Shown: positions 30,242-40,318, numbered from the stretch's first letter. The stretch: 58,856 bases of DNA from a bacterium (GCA_030550715.1 JAUQOU010000008.1:1-58856), one strand, 5' to 3'. The notes: generated from the letters alone by a model not told the origin. Translations and numbers: made by a program.

Positions 30242-31234
30242 ATGATTGGGAAAAGAAGCGGATTTGCCATCTTGTTTTTTGTGGTTTTCGCCAGAGTTGC
30301 AGGAGCGCAAACTGGAACCACTTTGAAATTCGGAACATTAGCCCCATCAGGATCAGCATGGGTTGATGCCATGATGAAATTCAAACAATCTGTCGAATCT
30401 CAAACAAAAGTAAAAGTAGTCATATACTCCGGAGGAGTTCTCGGAGATGAAAGTGAAATGGTCAGAAAACTCAAAGAAGGAAAAATTCAAGGTGGAGCAT
30501 TCATAGTAAAAGCAATGAAAGAAATCGCCCCCGAGCTTGATTTCCTTGATGTCCCCTTCCTCTTTGAAAGCTATGATGAGGTGAGATATATATACGAAAA
30601 TATGAGAAGTGATTTTGAGCAACTAATAGATAGAAACGGCTTTGTTCTTGCTGAAATGAGCCATCACGGATTTGTGAAATTTTTCTCGGTAAAACCAATC
30701 AGATCTTTCTATGAACTAAAAAATATGAGAACATGGGCATGGCATGGAGAGCCAATGATAGCAAATTTCCTCAACTTACTTGAAGTAAAACCCATATTTG
30801 TAGAAGTTACAGAGCTTCTGAACGCGTTATCTAACGGATTAGTTGAAACTTTTCAAACAACTCCGCTCGGTTGTCTCTCTATGCAGTGGTGCAAAATAGC
30901 AAAATATGTTCTGGACTACAATTACAGATACGAACCGGGAATAGTTGTTATATCGAAGGGTTTCTTCAACTCACTGAGCAAAAATGAAAGAGATATAATT
31001 ATTTCGGAGGTGAGAAAAACCGCAAAAGAAATAAACACACAAATAGAAAGAATTCAAAAAGAAGCCGAATCGAAGCTCGTCCAAATGGGATTTACATTCT
31101 CAAAACCATCTCCATCTGAAATATCAGAACTAAAAGATAAGGTTCAACAAATGATAAAAAATAAAATAAAAGGATATGAATACTACTCAAAAGTCATAAG
31201 ATTACTTGAAGCATACAGAAAAAAGAAAAATTGA
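30242..31234 (+). CDS. dctP: TRAP transporter substrate-binding protein (DctP family)
   Basis: Signal peptide ending AGA-Q, then GTLAPSGSAW, GGVLGDE.EMVRK and PFLF; start position uncertain (30197 or 30242). Confidence 0.85.
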   Translation: MIGKRSGFAILFFVVFARVAGAQTGTTLKFGTLAPSGSAWVDAMMKFKQSVESQTKVKVVIYSGGVLGDESEMVRKLKEGKIQGGAFIVKAMKEIAPELDFLDVPFLFESYDEVRYIYENMRSDFEQLIDRNGFVLAEMSHHGFVKFFSVKPIRSFYELKNMRTWAWHGEPMIANFLNLLEVKPIFVEVTELLNALSNGLVETFQTTPLGCLSMQWCKIAKYVLDYNYRYEPGIVVISKGFFNSLSKNERDIIISEVRKTAKEINTQIERIQKEAESKLVQMGFTFSKPSPSEISELKDKVQQMIKNKIKGYEYYSKVIRLLEAYRKKKN

Positions 31235-31267
31235 CACCAATCAGAAAACAAAATTAATTTTTCCATT

Positions 31268-32242
31268 ATGTTCCCAACAAGAAGAATGAGGAGATACAGA
31301 AAAAGCGAAGGAATTCGCAAAATCTTTGAGGAAACGAAACTAAATCCCTCTGACCTTATGTATCCCATATTTGTATGGAGCGGCAGAACAGAAGAAATAA
31401 AAGGTTTTCCCGATCAGAAAAGGTGGAACATAGATGACCCGAAACTTTTTAGATTTCTTGAAGAGCTCTTTGAAAAAGGGCTTTTGAGTATTTTGGTTTT
31501 TGGAGTCGCAACAGAAAAAGATGAGATTGGCTCCGAAGGATGGAAAGAAGATGGAACGGTTCAAAAATTCGTAAGAAAATTGAAAAAGAACTTTCCTGAA
31601 ATCGTCGTCGCAACCGATGTTTGTCTCTGCACATGGAGGAAAGATGGACACTGCGGAGTTGTGGAAAACGGCGAAATCATAAACGACAAAACCCTTGAAT
31701 ACCTCGCAAAAATAGCTCTGTCTCACGCATCAGCGGGAGCTGATATAGTCGCCCCATCTGATATGATGGACGGCAGAGTAAAATACATAAGAGAAAAACT
31801 TGATGAAAATAAATTCTTCAATACACTCATTATGTCATACTCCGCAAAATATTCTTCTTCTTTGTACGGACCTTTCAGGTCTGCTGCTGAATCCGCTCCC
31901 GCTTTCGGAGATAGAAGCACCTACCAGATGAGAATCACTCAATCAAAAGAGGCAATACTTGAAGCATATCTTGACTACGAAGAAGGAGCAGACATAATAA
32001 TGGTAAAACCCGCTCTCTTTTACCTTGATATAATAAAAACGCTTAAAGAAAAATTTTTGATCCCCGTTTCGGCTTTCAATGTTTCAGGAGAATACACAAT
32101 GATAAAGCTCGGAATAAAAAGCGAAATATTTGATGAGAAAAAAATCATAGAAGAGTGCCTTACATCTATAAAAAGAGCAGGAGCAGATATAATAATAACA
32201 TACTTTGTTCCGGAGTTTTTGGGAGTGAAAATTCCCTCATGA
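31268..32242 (+). CDS. hemB: Porphobilinogen synthase (Zn-type)
   Basis: DVCLC.....GHCG, APSDMMDGR, YGPFR and MVKPA motifs. Confidence 0.98.
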   Translation: MFPTRRMRRYRKSEGIRKIFEETKLNPSDLMYPIFVWSGRTEEIKGFPDQKRWNIDDPKLFRFLEELFEKGLLSILVFGVATEKDEIGSEGWKEDGTVQKFVRKLKKNFPEIVVATDVCLCTWRKDGHCGVVENGEIINDKTLEYLAKIALSHASAGADIVAPSDMMDGRVKYIREKLDENKFFNTLIMSYSAKYSSSLYGPFRSAAESAPAFGDRSTYQMRITQSKEAILEAYLDYEEGADIIMVKPALFYLDIIKTLKEKFLIPVSAFNVSGEYTMIKLGIKSEIFDEKKIIEECLTSIKRAGADIIITYFVPEFLGVKIPS

Positions 32243-32755
32243 TTTACTTGTTTTTGGTCTGAGGAGAGCAACAGAGATAGCAGATATACCTTTTCCTTTT
32301 CCTATGTCTCCGAGATGCTCAGGGCTTTTGACTCTCACATTCACATCACAAGAAAAAAGCTCCGATAGTTTTTTTTTCATCTCTGGAATAAAAATGCCGA
32401 GCTTTGGTTTCTGTGCAATAATAACGCAATCTATATTCACTATCTTGTATCTTCCGCTCACAACTTCTATAACTTTTTCTGCTATTTTTCTTGATGTTAT
32501 GCCTTTTGAAGTTTCAGGTGGAAAGAGAGTTCCTATGTCATCTTTTCCAGCAGCACCCAAAATGGCATCGCATATTGAATGTAAGACAACATCAGTATCA
32601 GAAGCTCCTTCAAGCCCATTATAATCTATCTCAACCTGTCCCAGTATAAGTTTTCTTTTACGCTTGCTCACCCTTGAAAACCTGTGGATATCAAATCCAA
32701 TTCCGACTCTGAAATCAAAAAATTCTCTCTTCACTCTTTTTTCACGCTTCGCCAT
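32237..32755 (-). CDS. ispF: 2-C-methyl-D-erythritol 2,4-cyclodiphosphate synthase
   Basis: RVGIGFDIH, SD.DVVLH...DAILGA, DIG.LFP and NID..IIAQ.PK motifs. Confidence 0.9.
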   Translation of the reverse strand: MAKREKRVKREFFDFRVGIGFDIHRFSRVSKRKRKLILGQVEIDYNGLEGASDTDVVLHSICDAILGAAGKDDIGTLFPPETSKGITSRKIAEKVIEVVSGRYKIVNIDCVIIAQKPKLGIFIPEMKKKLSELFSCDVNVRVKSPEHLGDIGKGKGISAISVALLRPKTSKS

Positions 32756-32768
32756 CTTACTTTAAAAA

Positions 32769-33314
32769 TCAATCTATCTTTACTCCTCTTTTCAAGTATA
32801 TCTCTTTTTTAATCTTTTCTCCTATATTTTCTTCGTAAATCTGAGGAAAATCTTCTTTCAGGATTTTTTCTGTTTTGTTTATGATGGTTTTGTAGAAGTT
32901 CTCGTCAAACTTCAAAAAGATTTTGCAGTATAAGACCTGATTGTCTTCATCTGCGTATGATTCAACCATTTCTGCTTTGAAAGAAAAATCCTTCGCCATA
33001 TTCTCCGAAAGTTTCCTGAAAAAATCTTTTCTCACTCTCTCATCTCCAAAGGTTATATCTTTGAAAATATCTTCTATCTCTGCTTGGATTACATTCTTCA
33101 ATTTTAATCTTCCCTGAGTTTCGCATTTGAGCTGAGCGAGTGTCTTTGATGGATAAAGACCTACAACTTCAACAATAAATCCACCCCGTTGAGCGGTATC
33201 TATAAACTGCTCAGAATTTATCCATAGCGGAGCAGATTTTCCACAAGACAAAAATAGCACAACTAAAAGAATGAAAAAATTCTTCTTTGTAATGTCCAGA
33301 AAATACACACACAA
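32769..33314 (-). CDS. Small lipoprotein (LPP20-like)
   Basis: Lipobox FLSC followed by the P.WI motif typical of LPP20-like proteins. Confidence 0.55.
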   Translation of the reverse strand: MCVYFLDITKKNFFILLVVLFLSCGKSAPLWINSEQFIDTAQRGGFIVEVVGLYPSKTLAQLKCETQGRLKLKNVIQAEIEDIFKDITFGDERVRKDFFRKLSENMAKDFSFKAEMVESYADEDNQVLYCKIFLKFDENFYKTIINKTEKILKEDFPQIYEENIGEKIKKEIYLKRGVKID

Positions 33315-33392
33315 TATAATTTACTACTTCGGAAGGGAAACCGCTTTTTTCCACTGCCACAAAGAAAATAGGAAATAATAGAAGAAATTTCC

Positions 33393-35789
33393 TTATTTTA
33401 AAGCATTATTAGCTGAAATAGCAAAAAGCCCTATTCCAATAAGGTCGTTTATAATCTGATTTGTAGCGGTTCTGAACTTGAAGTTCCCCGCAGGTTGTCC
33501 AATACCTATCGTAGCTCCTCCCTCCCCAACATAAATTCCACATTTATCTGTTTGAGAATCAGAAAGATACTTGACCTGCTGAATAATATTGGGTGGTAAT
33601 TGTTCATTTATCTGCCGGAATGCCTTCAATGCATCTAATCCTGCTACTCTTTCCACAAGGAAAGGATTGATTATTATTCCTCTCAAAAAGTTATAATTAT
33701 CTGCACTTATTTTATTTGTTACAAATAAATCAGAAACAGCATTTGCAAATTCCCATATCACGATACAGTTATCTATTTCAACTGCACCGTTGAGAACTTT
33801 TCCATCTTTTTCTTTGAAAAGAACATAAGGAATGAATTTAAGTCCGGCTTCGCTCAAAATAGCAGACAATGAGCTTACAACATCTTTTGGATAATTTGAA
33901 AACCATGTCACAGAAGTAAGATATGTTGTAAGAGGTTCAAAATAATCTCTTCTTATGGTTATACCTTCAAGATATGTAAATCTATCCCAATCTCCTCTTG
34001 CTACATAGGGTTTTTTCACATACCTTTCTGGAACCATGAGAGCAATAGCATTTGACGGCACACCTGTATTAAAAGTATCAGAAGAACGCATAAACGGGAA
34101 CAAACTATAAAAGAAGTAAGAAGGAGAAGTGAAAAACAGAGCACTTTCCTCATCAGAAGTAGGAGCTTTCACATAAGTCAAGTTAGAACTACTTGGAATG
34201 TATAATAAACTAACCCCATCAAAGTAAAACTTTGTTGTGTTATCTGAATACCCACCTGAAAGCACGAGAGAAAACACTATGTATTGACTTTGAGTTAAAT
34301 TAGTAAAGTAAAACGGATTTTGCGAAGTATTAAAATTAGTTATAGCTTTTTCGTAGAATTTACGACTTGCTTCCACTTCAAAAGCGAAATACTTTCCTGC
34401 CTCAACTAATTTATTATCATCTCCATATTCAGCAGGAAGGATAAGGTCTCGTATGGGAAGAGGGGTAGAACCCTCTTTTGCTCCGAAGAGTTTGCAGACA
34501 TCTATACGAGCGAAGTTAGGAAGTGTGATTGAGATAGAAAAACCTTCAATCAAACTCCCTACCGCACTTACAACTTTTTGTATATCAAATTCATTTTCTT
34601 GTCCTGCGACATTTATCAAGTTATCTTGGTTTGAGCAGTTAAATTTCCCCCCTCCGTTTTTGAGAACAGCAACAACAGTATTTGTCATTTTGTCGGAAAA
34701 TCCACCTTTAAGAAGTGTAAGAACTCCTGTTGCTTTTCCTCCCATAAAAACATTTTCCTTCTGCGGGTCAAGGTTAAACCTTATCGCAAGAGATGTTGCT
34801 CCTTTCTGCCAGCAAGCTAAAGCCGGGTCGTTATCTTTACACGGGTTGTCAAAGAAGTACTTTGCTCCATTCCCCGCCCATGTGAGCGCCTTTGATATAT
34901 TTGTAGGTATCTGCTTCCATGTATCTTCCCCACCACTCTTGAACCTGAGGAAATTTGGAGCTTTATCAATCCCTAAAGTTCCAGGAATATTCCTTATAAA
35001 TCCGGCAGGGTCATTGCTTAAATCCCCCAAAAGCTTTGATGCATTAGATATTATTTGATTTATATCAAGGTTCCAGTCGTGAGAGTTTATGACGTTGAAA
35101 AGCGCAAGAACAAGCTGGGCAACTGAACCTAATATGTTCATATGATCCCACCTTATCTCAGTTCCCGCTTTAAACCATACATTCACAAGGTTCCCAACCT
35201 TAACATTGAAAGGAACAGTAATGGCAAAAACAAAATTTTTGTCTCCTTTTTTGATGTAGTTTTCAGTAGCAATTGCAACCTCGGTCATAAGCTGAGTTAT
35301 CTCATCTCTTTTCAGACCAACGATGTTAAGAAGAGTATCAATCACATCTGTTTGTTTTGGAGTTATGCTTATTTTCTCGTATGGAGCAGAAGAGGTTGCG
35401 CAGATTGAACCAAGAGAACCTCCTGCAACTCCACAAAGGGTTGAAAGAGCAGAATCTAATCTTTTGAAAAGTATCATCATATTTATTACCGTGACATAAG
35501 CATTCACAGTTGGTTCGTTTGCATAAGTTTGGAGTTCATCTGAGCAACCATTTGTTCCGCAGACATTTTTTCTCAGGTCTTCAAATTTTCCTTGCTGAAA
35601 AAGAGAAGAAGCATTGTCAGATGGTTGAGCTATTGTTTTTCCATCTTGCTGAATCACTTTAGGTCCGTAGTCGGGCATATGCACATGTTCTTCTTTTTTT
35701 GCGCAAGAGAAAACAAACCCGAGAACCAAAGAGAGAGCCAAAACCCCTATTTTTAAGCTTCCAACTCTTACTATATCTTTTCTCATCAT
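33393..35789 (-). CDS. Large hypothetical lipoprotein (paralogue family member A)
   Basis: 798-aa ORF with lipobox VFSC and strong SD AAGGAGG. Confidence 0.85.
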   Translation of the reverse strand: MMRKDIVRVGSLKIGVLALSLVLGFVFSCAKKEEHVHMPDYGPKVIQQDGKTIAQPSDNASSLFQQGKFEDLRKNVCGTNGCSDELQTYANEPTVNAYVTVINMMILFKRLDSALSTLCGVAGGSLGSICATSSAPYEKISITPKQTDVIDTLLNIVGLKRDEITQLMTEVAIATENYIKKGDKNFVFAITVPFNVKVGNLVNVWFKAGTEIRWDHMNILGSVAQLVLALFNVINSHDWNLDINQIISNASKLLGDLSNDPAGFIRNIPGTLGIDKAPNFLRFKSGGEDTWKQIPTNISKALTWAGNGAKYFFDNPCKDNDPALACWQKGATSLAIRFNLDPQKENVFMGGKATGVLTLLKGGFSDKMTNTVVAVLKNGGGKFNCSNQDNLINVAGQENEFDIQKVVSAVGSLIEGFSISITLPNFARIDVCKLFGAKEGSTPLPIRDLILPAEYGDDNKLVEAGKYFAFEVEASRKFYEKAITNFNTSQNPFYFTNLTQSQYIVFSLVLSGGYSDNTTKFYFDGVSLLYIPSSSNLTYVKAPTSDEESALFFTSPSYFFYSLFPFMRSSDTFNTGVPSNAIALMVPERYVKKPYVARGDWDRFTYLEGITIRRDYFEPLTTYLTSVTWFSNYPKDVVSSLSAILSEAGLKFIPYVLFKEKDGKVLNGAVEIDNCIVIWEFANAVSDLFVTNKISADNYNFLRGIIINPFLVERVAGLDALKAFRQINEQLPPNIIQQVKYLSDSQTDKCGIYVGEGGATIGIGQPAGNFKFRTATNQIINDLIGIGLFAISANNALK

Positions 35790-35934
35790 TTTTATCTCCT
35801 CCTTCTGTTTTTTTATTTTAATATTTTCATTTTTATTTTTGTTTTATTTTAGCGATTTTTCAATTTTTTGTTCTATTTTGTGTTTTTACAATTTCAGTCA
35901 TTTTTCAAATTTACAGAAACTTTTTTTCAAGATT

Positions 35935-36321
35935 CTATGAATTTGACTTTTTAAGTTTATACACTTTTGAACTCGGGGATATTTTTTTGATAAGTGCTTT
36001 TATTATCATTTTCATAGCAAGCTCTCTTGCGTAAGGGATTTTTTCAATTTGACCTGCTATCTTTATCGTTTCATCTTCATCGTATCCGATTATGTGAAGT
36101 GCCTCGTGCCAGAATGTGTTCAGAAGCTCATTTATATCTCCCTTATGCCTTTTGAGATTCAGTATTATCTCTTTTTCTTCCGGGTCAGAAAACCCGTATC
36201 CTTTTATTCTGTTGTCAAATTTCAGGTTTATTCTCTCAAGCTTACGAACAATTTCGTTTATTTTCTGCTCGTCTATTTCCTGGTCAGAAGATAAATTTTC
36301 TTTGGTTTTGAGTTCATTCAC
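35935..36321 (-). CDS. Small HEXXH zincin-like protein
   Basis: TFWHEALHIIGYDEDE motif in a 128-aa ORF. Confidence 0.6.
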   Translation of the reverse strand: MNELKTKENLSSDQEIDEQKINEIVRKLERINLKFDNRIKGYGFSDPEEKEIILNLKRHKGDINELLNTFWHEALHIIGYDEDETIKIAGQIEKIPYARELAMKMIIKALIKKISPSSKVYKLKKSNS

Positions 36322-36366
36322 AAATTAAATTTTACGAAAAATCCGGGAATTTTGTAAAAATCAAAC

Positions 36367-36717
36367 TCACTCTTTGAAAAGTTCTGATTGCTTTCTTTCC
36401 CTGAGATAATATAGTTTTGCTCTTCTTACGGGTATTTTTCTTATTATTTCTATTTTTTCTATGTATGGCGAATGGTATGGGAAAATTCTTTCAACGCCGA
36501 CTCCACTTATAACATTTCTCACTGTGAATGTTTTCCCTATCCCACTTCCTCTAACAGAGATGACAATTCCCTCAAATGCGCTGAGTCGCTCTTTATCTTT
36601 TTCTTTAACTTTTGTCCAGACCTTCACAACATATCCTGGTCTGATTTCCGGAAGGTCGTTTCTCAAAAAATTCTTTTCTATATTGATGATGTATTTTTTG
36701 TCTTTGAGAGAAGGCAT
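36367..36717 (-). CDS. rplS: 50S ribosomal protein L19
   Basis: [21 protein letters not shown] and [10 protein letters not shown] motifs. Confidence 0.98.
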   Translation of the reverse strand: MPSLKDKKYIINIEKNFLRNDLPEIRPGYVVKVWTKVKEKDKERLSAFEGIVISVRGSGIGKTFTVRNVISGVGVERIFPYHSPYIEKIEIIRKIPVRRAKLYYLRERKQSELFKE

Positions 36718-36816
36718 AGTTTTGAAATATACTTGAAAAATTTTTCTATTTTTGATTTTTCAAAAATTTTCAAGCGCTCACAAAACATAAAGGAACGGAC
36801 TAAATTATCTGAAAGA

Positions 36817-37851
36817 ATGTTCGGGAAAGCTCCTTCGCTATGGTATAAGCCAAAATACAGCTTTCCGAACCCGCTTTTTATACCCATTTCTGAAATCCTT
36901 GGATTAATCGTTTTTATAAGGAAAGCGATAAAAAGAAAGGTGTTCATTGATCTTCCATCGGTAGGAGTAGGAAGTTTAGCATTAGGTGGAGCACACAAAA
37001 CAACATTATCTCTCACAATAGCAGAAAAAATAAGAGAGAACAAAAAAAGAGTCGGAGTGGTCATATCTGGATACGGCGGAAAATTCCAAGGAACACTTAT
37101 ACCACAGCAAAAAAACACAGAGCAAAATCTGAAAGATATTTCAGACGAAGCCCTGCTATATCTCAAAAATAACTTCCCGGTATCAACAAACAAAAACAGA
37201 AAAAAAGGAGCGGATGAATTAAAAAGTATGGCAGACCTTGTAATACTTGATGACTTCTTCTCATCTTTATATGAGCCGTGGATAAAAATCATCAGCATAA
37301 CAAAAGATAGCATGGGAAACGGATTAATTCAGCCGTTCGGTCCACTCAGAGAACCAATAATATCTGTTCTTTGGTCAGATACGATACTCCTTGAAGAGAA
37401 TCTCAAAAACTCAAAATACGAGAGAAAGATAAGGAGAATTTTTCCGAGAAAAAAAGATGTTTTTTACTTTTCAATAGATGCAGCGGGTATACTGCATTTT
37501 GACGGTGAGGGTATACGGGAGATAAGTCCGGAGCAAATCAAGAACAAAAAAGCAATATGCATTTCTGCTGTCGCAATACCCAAAAACTTTGAGGAAACAC
37601 TCAAAAAATTAGGAGTTAGAGTTTATGAACACTTCAAGTTAAAAGACCACTCAAAAATCACCCGGAAAATTTTAGATAAAGCTGAAGAAAAAGTGAAGAA
37701 AAAAGACGCAGATATAATAATAACAACCGAAAAAGATTTCTGGAAGATAATAGAAAACAGCAAAAATCCTCCAGAAATACTTGGAGTTAAGATAAGAGCA
37801 AAGTTATCTGAGGATTTCTTCAAAAAAATCGAATGCGCACTCAACGAGTGA
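36817..37851 (+). CDS. lpxK: Tetraacyldisaccharide 4'-kinase (divergent)
   Basis: VG.L..GG..KT, SGYGG, DE, ILDD, GNG...PFGPLREP, DH and ITTEKD motifs; ATG at 36817 preferred because the longer ORF overlaps rplS. Confidence 0.82.
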   Translation: MFGKAPSLWYKPKYSFPNPLFIPISEILGLIVFIRKAIKRKVFIDLPSVGVGSLALGGAHKTTLSLTIAEKIRENKKRVGVVISGYGGKFQGTLIPQQKNTEQNLKDISDEALLYLKNNFPVSTNKNRKKGADELKSMADLVILDDFFSSLYEPWIKIISITKDSMGNGLIQPFGPLREPIISVLWSDTILLEENLKNSKYERKIRRIFPRKKDVFYFSIDAAGILHFDGEGIREISPEQIKNKKAICISAVAIPKNFEETLKKLGVRVYEHFKLKDHSKITRKILDKAEEKVKKKDADIIITTEKDFWKIIENSKNPPEILGVKIRAKLSEDFFKKIECALNE

Positions 37852-37951
37852 AGATGAAAACTAATTTCACAAAAAATTTCCAAAAAATCAAAAAAGTTCA
37901 AACCGATTCCTGAAAAAACTAAAATAAATCTTCACATAAAAAAATCAAGAT

Positions 37952-39310
37952 ATGGAAGTAAGAGAAAAAGACCCAGAAATAGAAAGAGTTCCGGAAAGAG
38001 AACTTGTAAAAGAGCTTTATCATCTCTCAAAGATAAACTGGGGAGTTGATGATGGTTTTTACCCTCTTGGTTCATGCACGATGAAATATAACCCACGAAT
38101 AAACGAAAAAATCGCATCTCAGAAAGAATTTTTGTTTCTGCACCCGGCTTTCCCCGAGCTTGCTCAGGGAACACTTGAAATTATGTACGAGTTGGAGCAA
38201 ATGCTCTGCAAAATAACAGGCATGGATGCATTCTCGCTTTTGCCTTCTGCCGGAGCTCACGGAGAATTCCTCGCACTAAAAATAGCAAAAAAGTTCTTCA
38301 TAGATAAAAAAGAGTATCAGAGAAAATATGTTCTCATACCAGATTCTGCTCACGGAACAAATCCAGCATCTGCTTCAATGTGTAAATTCCAAACCAGAGA
38401 GATAAAAAGTGACCCAAGAGGAAACATAGATATAGATGACCTCAAAAGAAAAGTCGGAGATGACATAGTTGCTCTGATGATAACTTATCCTAACACTCTT
38501 GGACTCGCCGATGAAAACATAGAAGAAGTAATAAAAATAATCCATGACGCAGGTGGTCTTGTGTACTTAGATGGAGCAAATATGAATGCAATTTCTGGAA
38601 TAGTAAGACCCGGAGATATGGGATTTGACTTCGTTCATCTTAATCTGCACAAAACATTTTCTACCCCACACGGTGGAGGAGGTCCAGCAGCAGGACCGCT
38701 CGGTGTCAAAAAAGAACTTGCAGAATATCTCCCATACCCAAGAATAAAAAAAGAAGATGGTAAATTTTCTCTTGATTACTCAAACAGAGAAAAATCAGTG
38801 GGGAAAATAGAAGCGTTCTACGGGAATTTTCCTGTTCTGCTCAGAGCGTGGGCATACATAAAAATGCTCGGCGAAGATGGACTCAAAAAGAACTCGCAAA
38901 TAGCGGTTCTCAACGCAAACTACCTTATGAAAAAACTCTCTCAAAAGTATGATATACCGTTCAAAAGAAAATGTAAGCACGAGTTCGTCCTCAGTGAAAA
39001 GGGCTTGGGAGTTAGGACAGAAGACCTCGCAAAAGCACTCCAAGATGAAGGTTTCCATCCCCCTACGATATACTTTCCACTCATAGTGAAAGGAGCACTC
39101 ATGATAGAGCCAACAGAAACAGAGACAAAAAAGACGCTTGATGATTTCGCCGAAAGCATGCTCAAACTCTTTGACCTTTCACATCAAAACCCTGAATACT
39201 TTTCAAAAGCACCATACAAACAGAAAGTCAAAAGAGTTGATATGGTGAAAGCAAACACTCAAATAATCCCCTCAGAAAGATGGGAAAGAAAAACAGACGA
39301 AAAAGAGTGA
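37952..39310 (+). CDS. gcvPB: Glycine decarboxylase subunit 2
   Basis: FYPLGSCTMKYNP, SAHGTNPASA and HLNLHKTFSTPHGGGGP motifs. Confidence 0.96.
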   Translation: MEVREKDPEIERVPERELVKELYHLSKINWGVDDGFYPLGSCTMKYNPRINEKIASQKEFLFLHPAFPELAQGTLEIMYELEQMLCKITGMDAFSLLPSAGAHGEFLALKIAKKFFIDKKEYQRKYVLIPDSAHGTNPASASMCKFQTREIKSDPRGNIDIDDLKRKVGDDIVALMITYPNTLGLADENIEEVIKIIHDAGGLVYLDGANMNAISGIVRPGDMGFDFVHLNLHKTFSTPHGGGGPAAGPLGVKKELAEYLPYPRIKKEDGKFSLDYSNREKSVGKIEAFYGNFPVLLRAWAYIKMLGEDGLKKNSQIAVLNANYLMKKLSQKYDIPFKRKCKHEFVLSEKGLGVRTEDLAKALQDEGFHPPTIYFPLIVKGALMIEPTETETKKTLDDFAESMLKLFDLSHQNPEYFSKAPYKQKVKRVDMVKANTQIIPSERWERKTDEKE

Positions 39311-39327
39311 ATCTTTTACCGATTTAC

Positions 39328-39738
39328 TTATTTTCTATCAAGAACATGCCTATCAAGAACAACGCAGAAAAATTTTCCTTCAAAAACCTTCTCATCAGTT
39401 CCTTTTTTGAAAACCTCTACGAAAACCTCTTTTTTTGAGCCGTCCTCCGAAATAACCTGTGCTCGGGCAATAAGTGTATCTCCGAGAACAACGGGCTTTG
39501 TGAACTTCACTTCTGCTCTATGTAAAACAACATAGGGATGATTTACAGCAAGCATAGCAGAGTAATCTGCAAGAGAAAAAGTAAATCCCCCGTGAATAAG
39601 TCCTTTTTCATCAACAACCATCGTCTTTTTTGTCTTCAGTTCAACAGAAGAGAATTTCTCTGAAATGCTTATCACTTTTCCGCAGTATGAACTGCTTGCC
39701 AAAAGATGAGTCCTCTGCTCAATCCTTCTCTCTCCCAT
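39328..39738 (-). CDS. PaaI/hotdog-fold thioesterase
   Basis: GLIHGGFTFSLADYSAMLAVN and F.KPV motifs. Confidence 0.88.
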   Translation of the reverse strand: MGERRIEQRTHLLASSSYCGKVISISEKFSSVELKTKKTMVVDEKGLIHGGFTFSLADYSAMLAVNHPYVVLHRAEVKFTKPVVLGDTLIARAQVISEDGSKKEVFVEVFKKGTDEKVFEGKFFCVVLDRHVLDRK

Positions 39739-39788
39739 AACAGTTCAAAATATTGCTTTTCCAAGAAATTACCTAAATATCTTGAAAA

Positions 39789-39817
39789 TTGCAAAACGCA
39801 ATACCAATTTCTAAAAT
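39789..39817 (+). promoter_or_regulatory. Putative sigma70-type promoter
   Basis: TTGCAA-17 nt-TAAAAT, upstream of SD AGGAGG and the ATG at 39852. Confidence 0.5.
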
Positions 39818-39851
39818 TAAATTCAATTTTTTTATAAGGAGGTAAAAACTT

Positions 39852-40253
39852 ATGATTTCACTCAGAAATCAAAAATTAATAGGTATAGGAACAGGGATAA
39901 TATTATCGGCAGCTCTTGTATTATCTTCATGCGCTAGGAAACCCGAAAAAGAGCTTCAGGACGCAAGAAATGCTCTGAAAGAAGTTGAAAACCTTGAAGC
40001 ACCGAAATACACCCCCGATGAGTGGAACTCGCTTCAATCAAAACTCAAAGACGCAGAATCTAAAATAGAAGAAAGAAAATACAAAGAAGCAAAGGAAATA
40101 CTCCTTCAAATCATCTCAGAAGCTCAGGCACTGAAACCTAAGATAGAAGAGGCAAAGAAGAAAGCTGAGGAAGAAGCAGCAAAACAGCAGCAGGCACAAG
40201 AAGGAGCTACAGCTCCGGCAGGAGCTACTCAACCCCAACCACCAGCTCAGTAA
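39852..40253 (+). CDS. Helical lipoprotein (DUF4398-like)
   Basis: Lipobox LSSC, then P.KEL..A..AL...A.KY.P; Ala/Gln/Pro-rich tail. Confidence 0.75.
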   Translation: MISLRNQKLIGIGTGIILSAALVLSSCARKPEKELQDARNALKEVENLEAPKYTPDEWNSLQSKLKDAESKIEERKYKEAKEILLQIISEAQALKPKIEEAKKKAEEEAAKQQQAQEGATAPAGATQPQPPAQ

Positions 40254-40283
40254 TCTTTAATTAAAAGATATAGTCAAATAAAT

Positions 40284-40318
40284 TAGCCCCCTTATCTTTT
40301 TTCAGGATAAGGGGGCTA
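40284..40318. terminator. Hairpin terminator between convergent genes
   Basis: Perfect 13-bp stem TAGCCCCCTTATC / GATAAGGGGGCTA with a 9-nt loop. Confidence 0.8.

Noticed and set aside
36472-36816. 115-aa N-terminal extension of the lpxK ORF
   Set aside because: It overlaps rplS on the opposite strand; LpxK similarity starts near the ATG at 36817
37854-37951. Possible frameshifted N-terminus of gcvPB (MK/LISQKISKK...)
   Set aside because: It would need two frameshifts in low-complexity A-rich DNA, and the resemblance is weak
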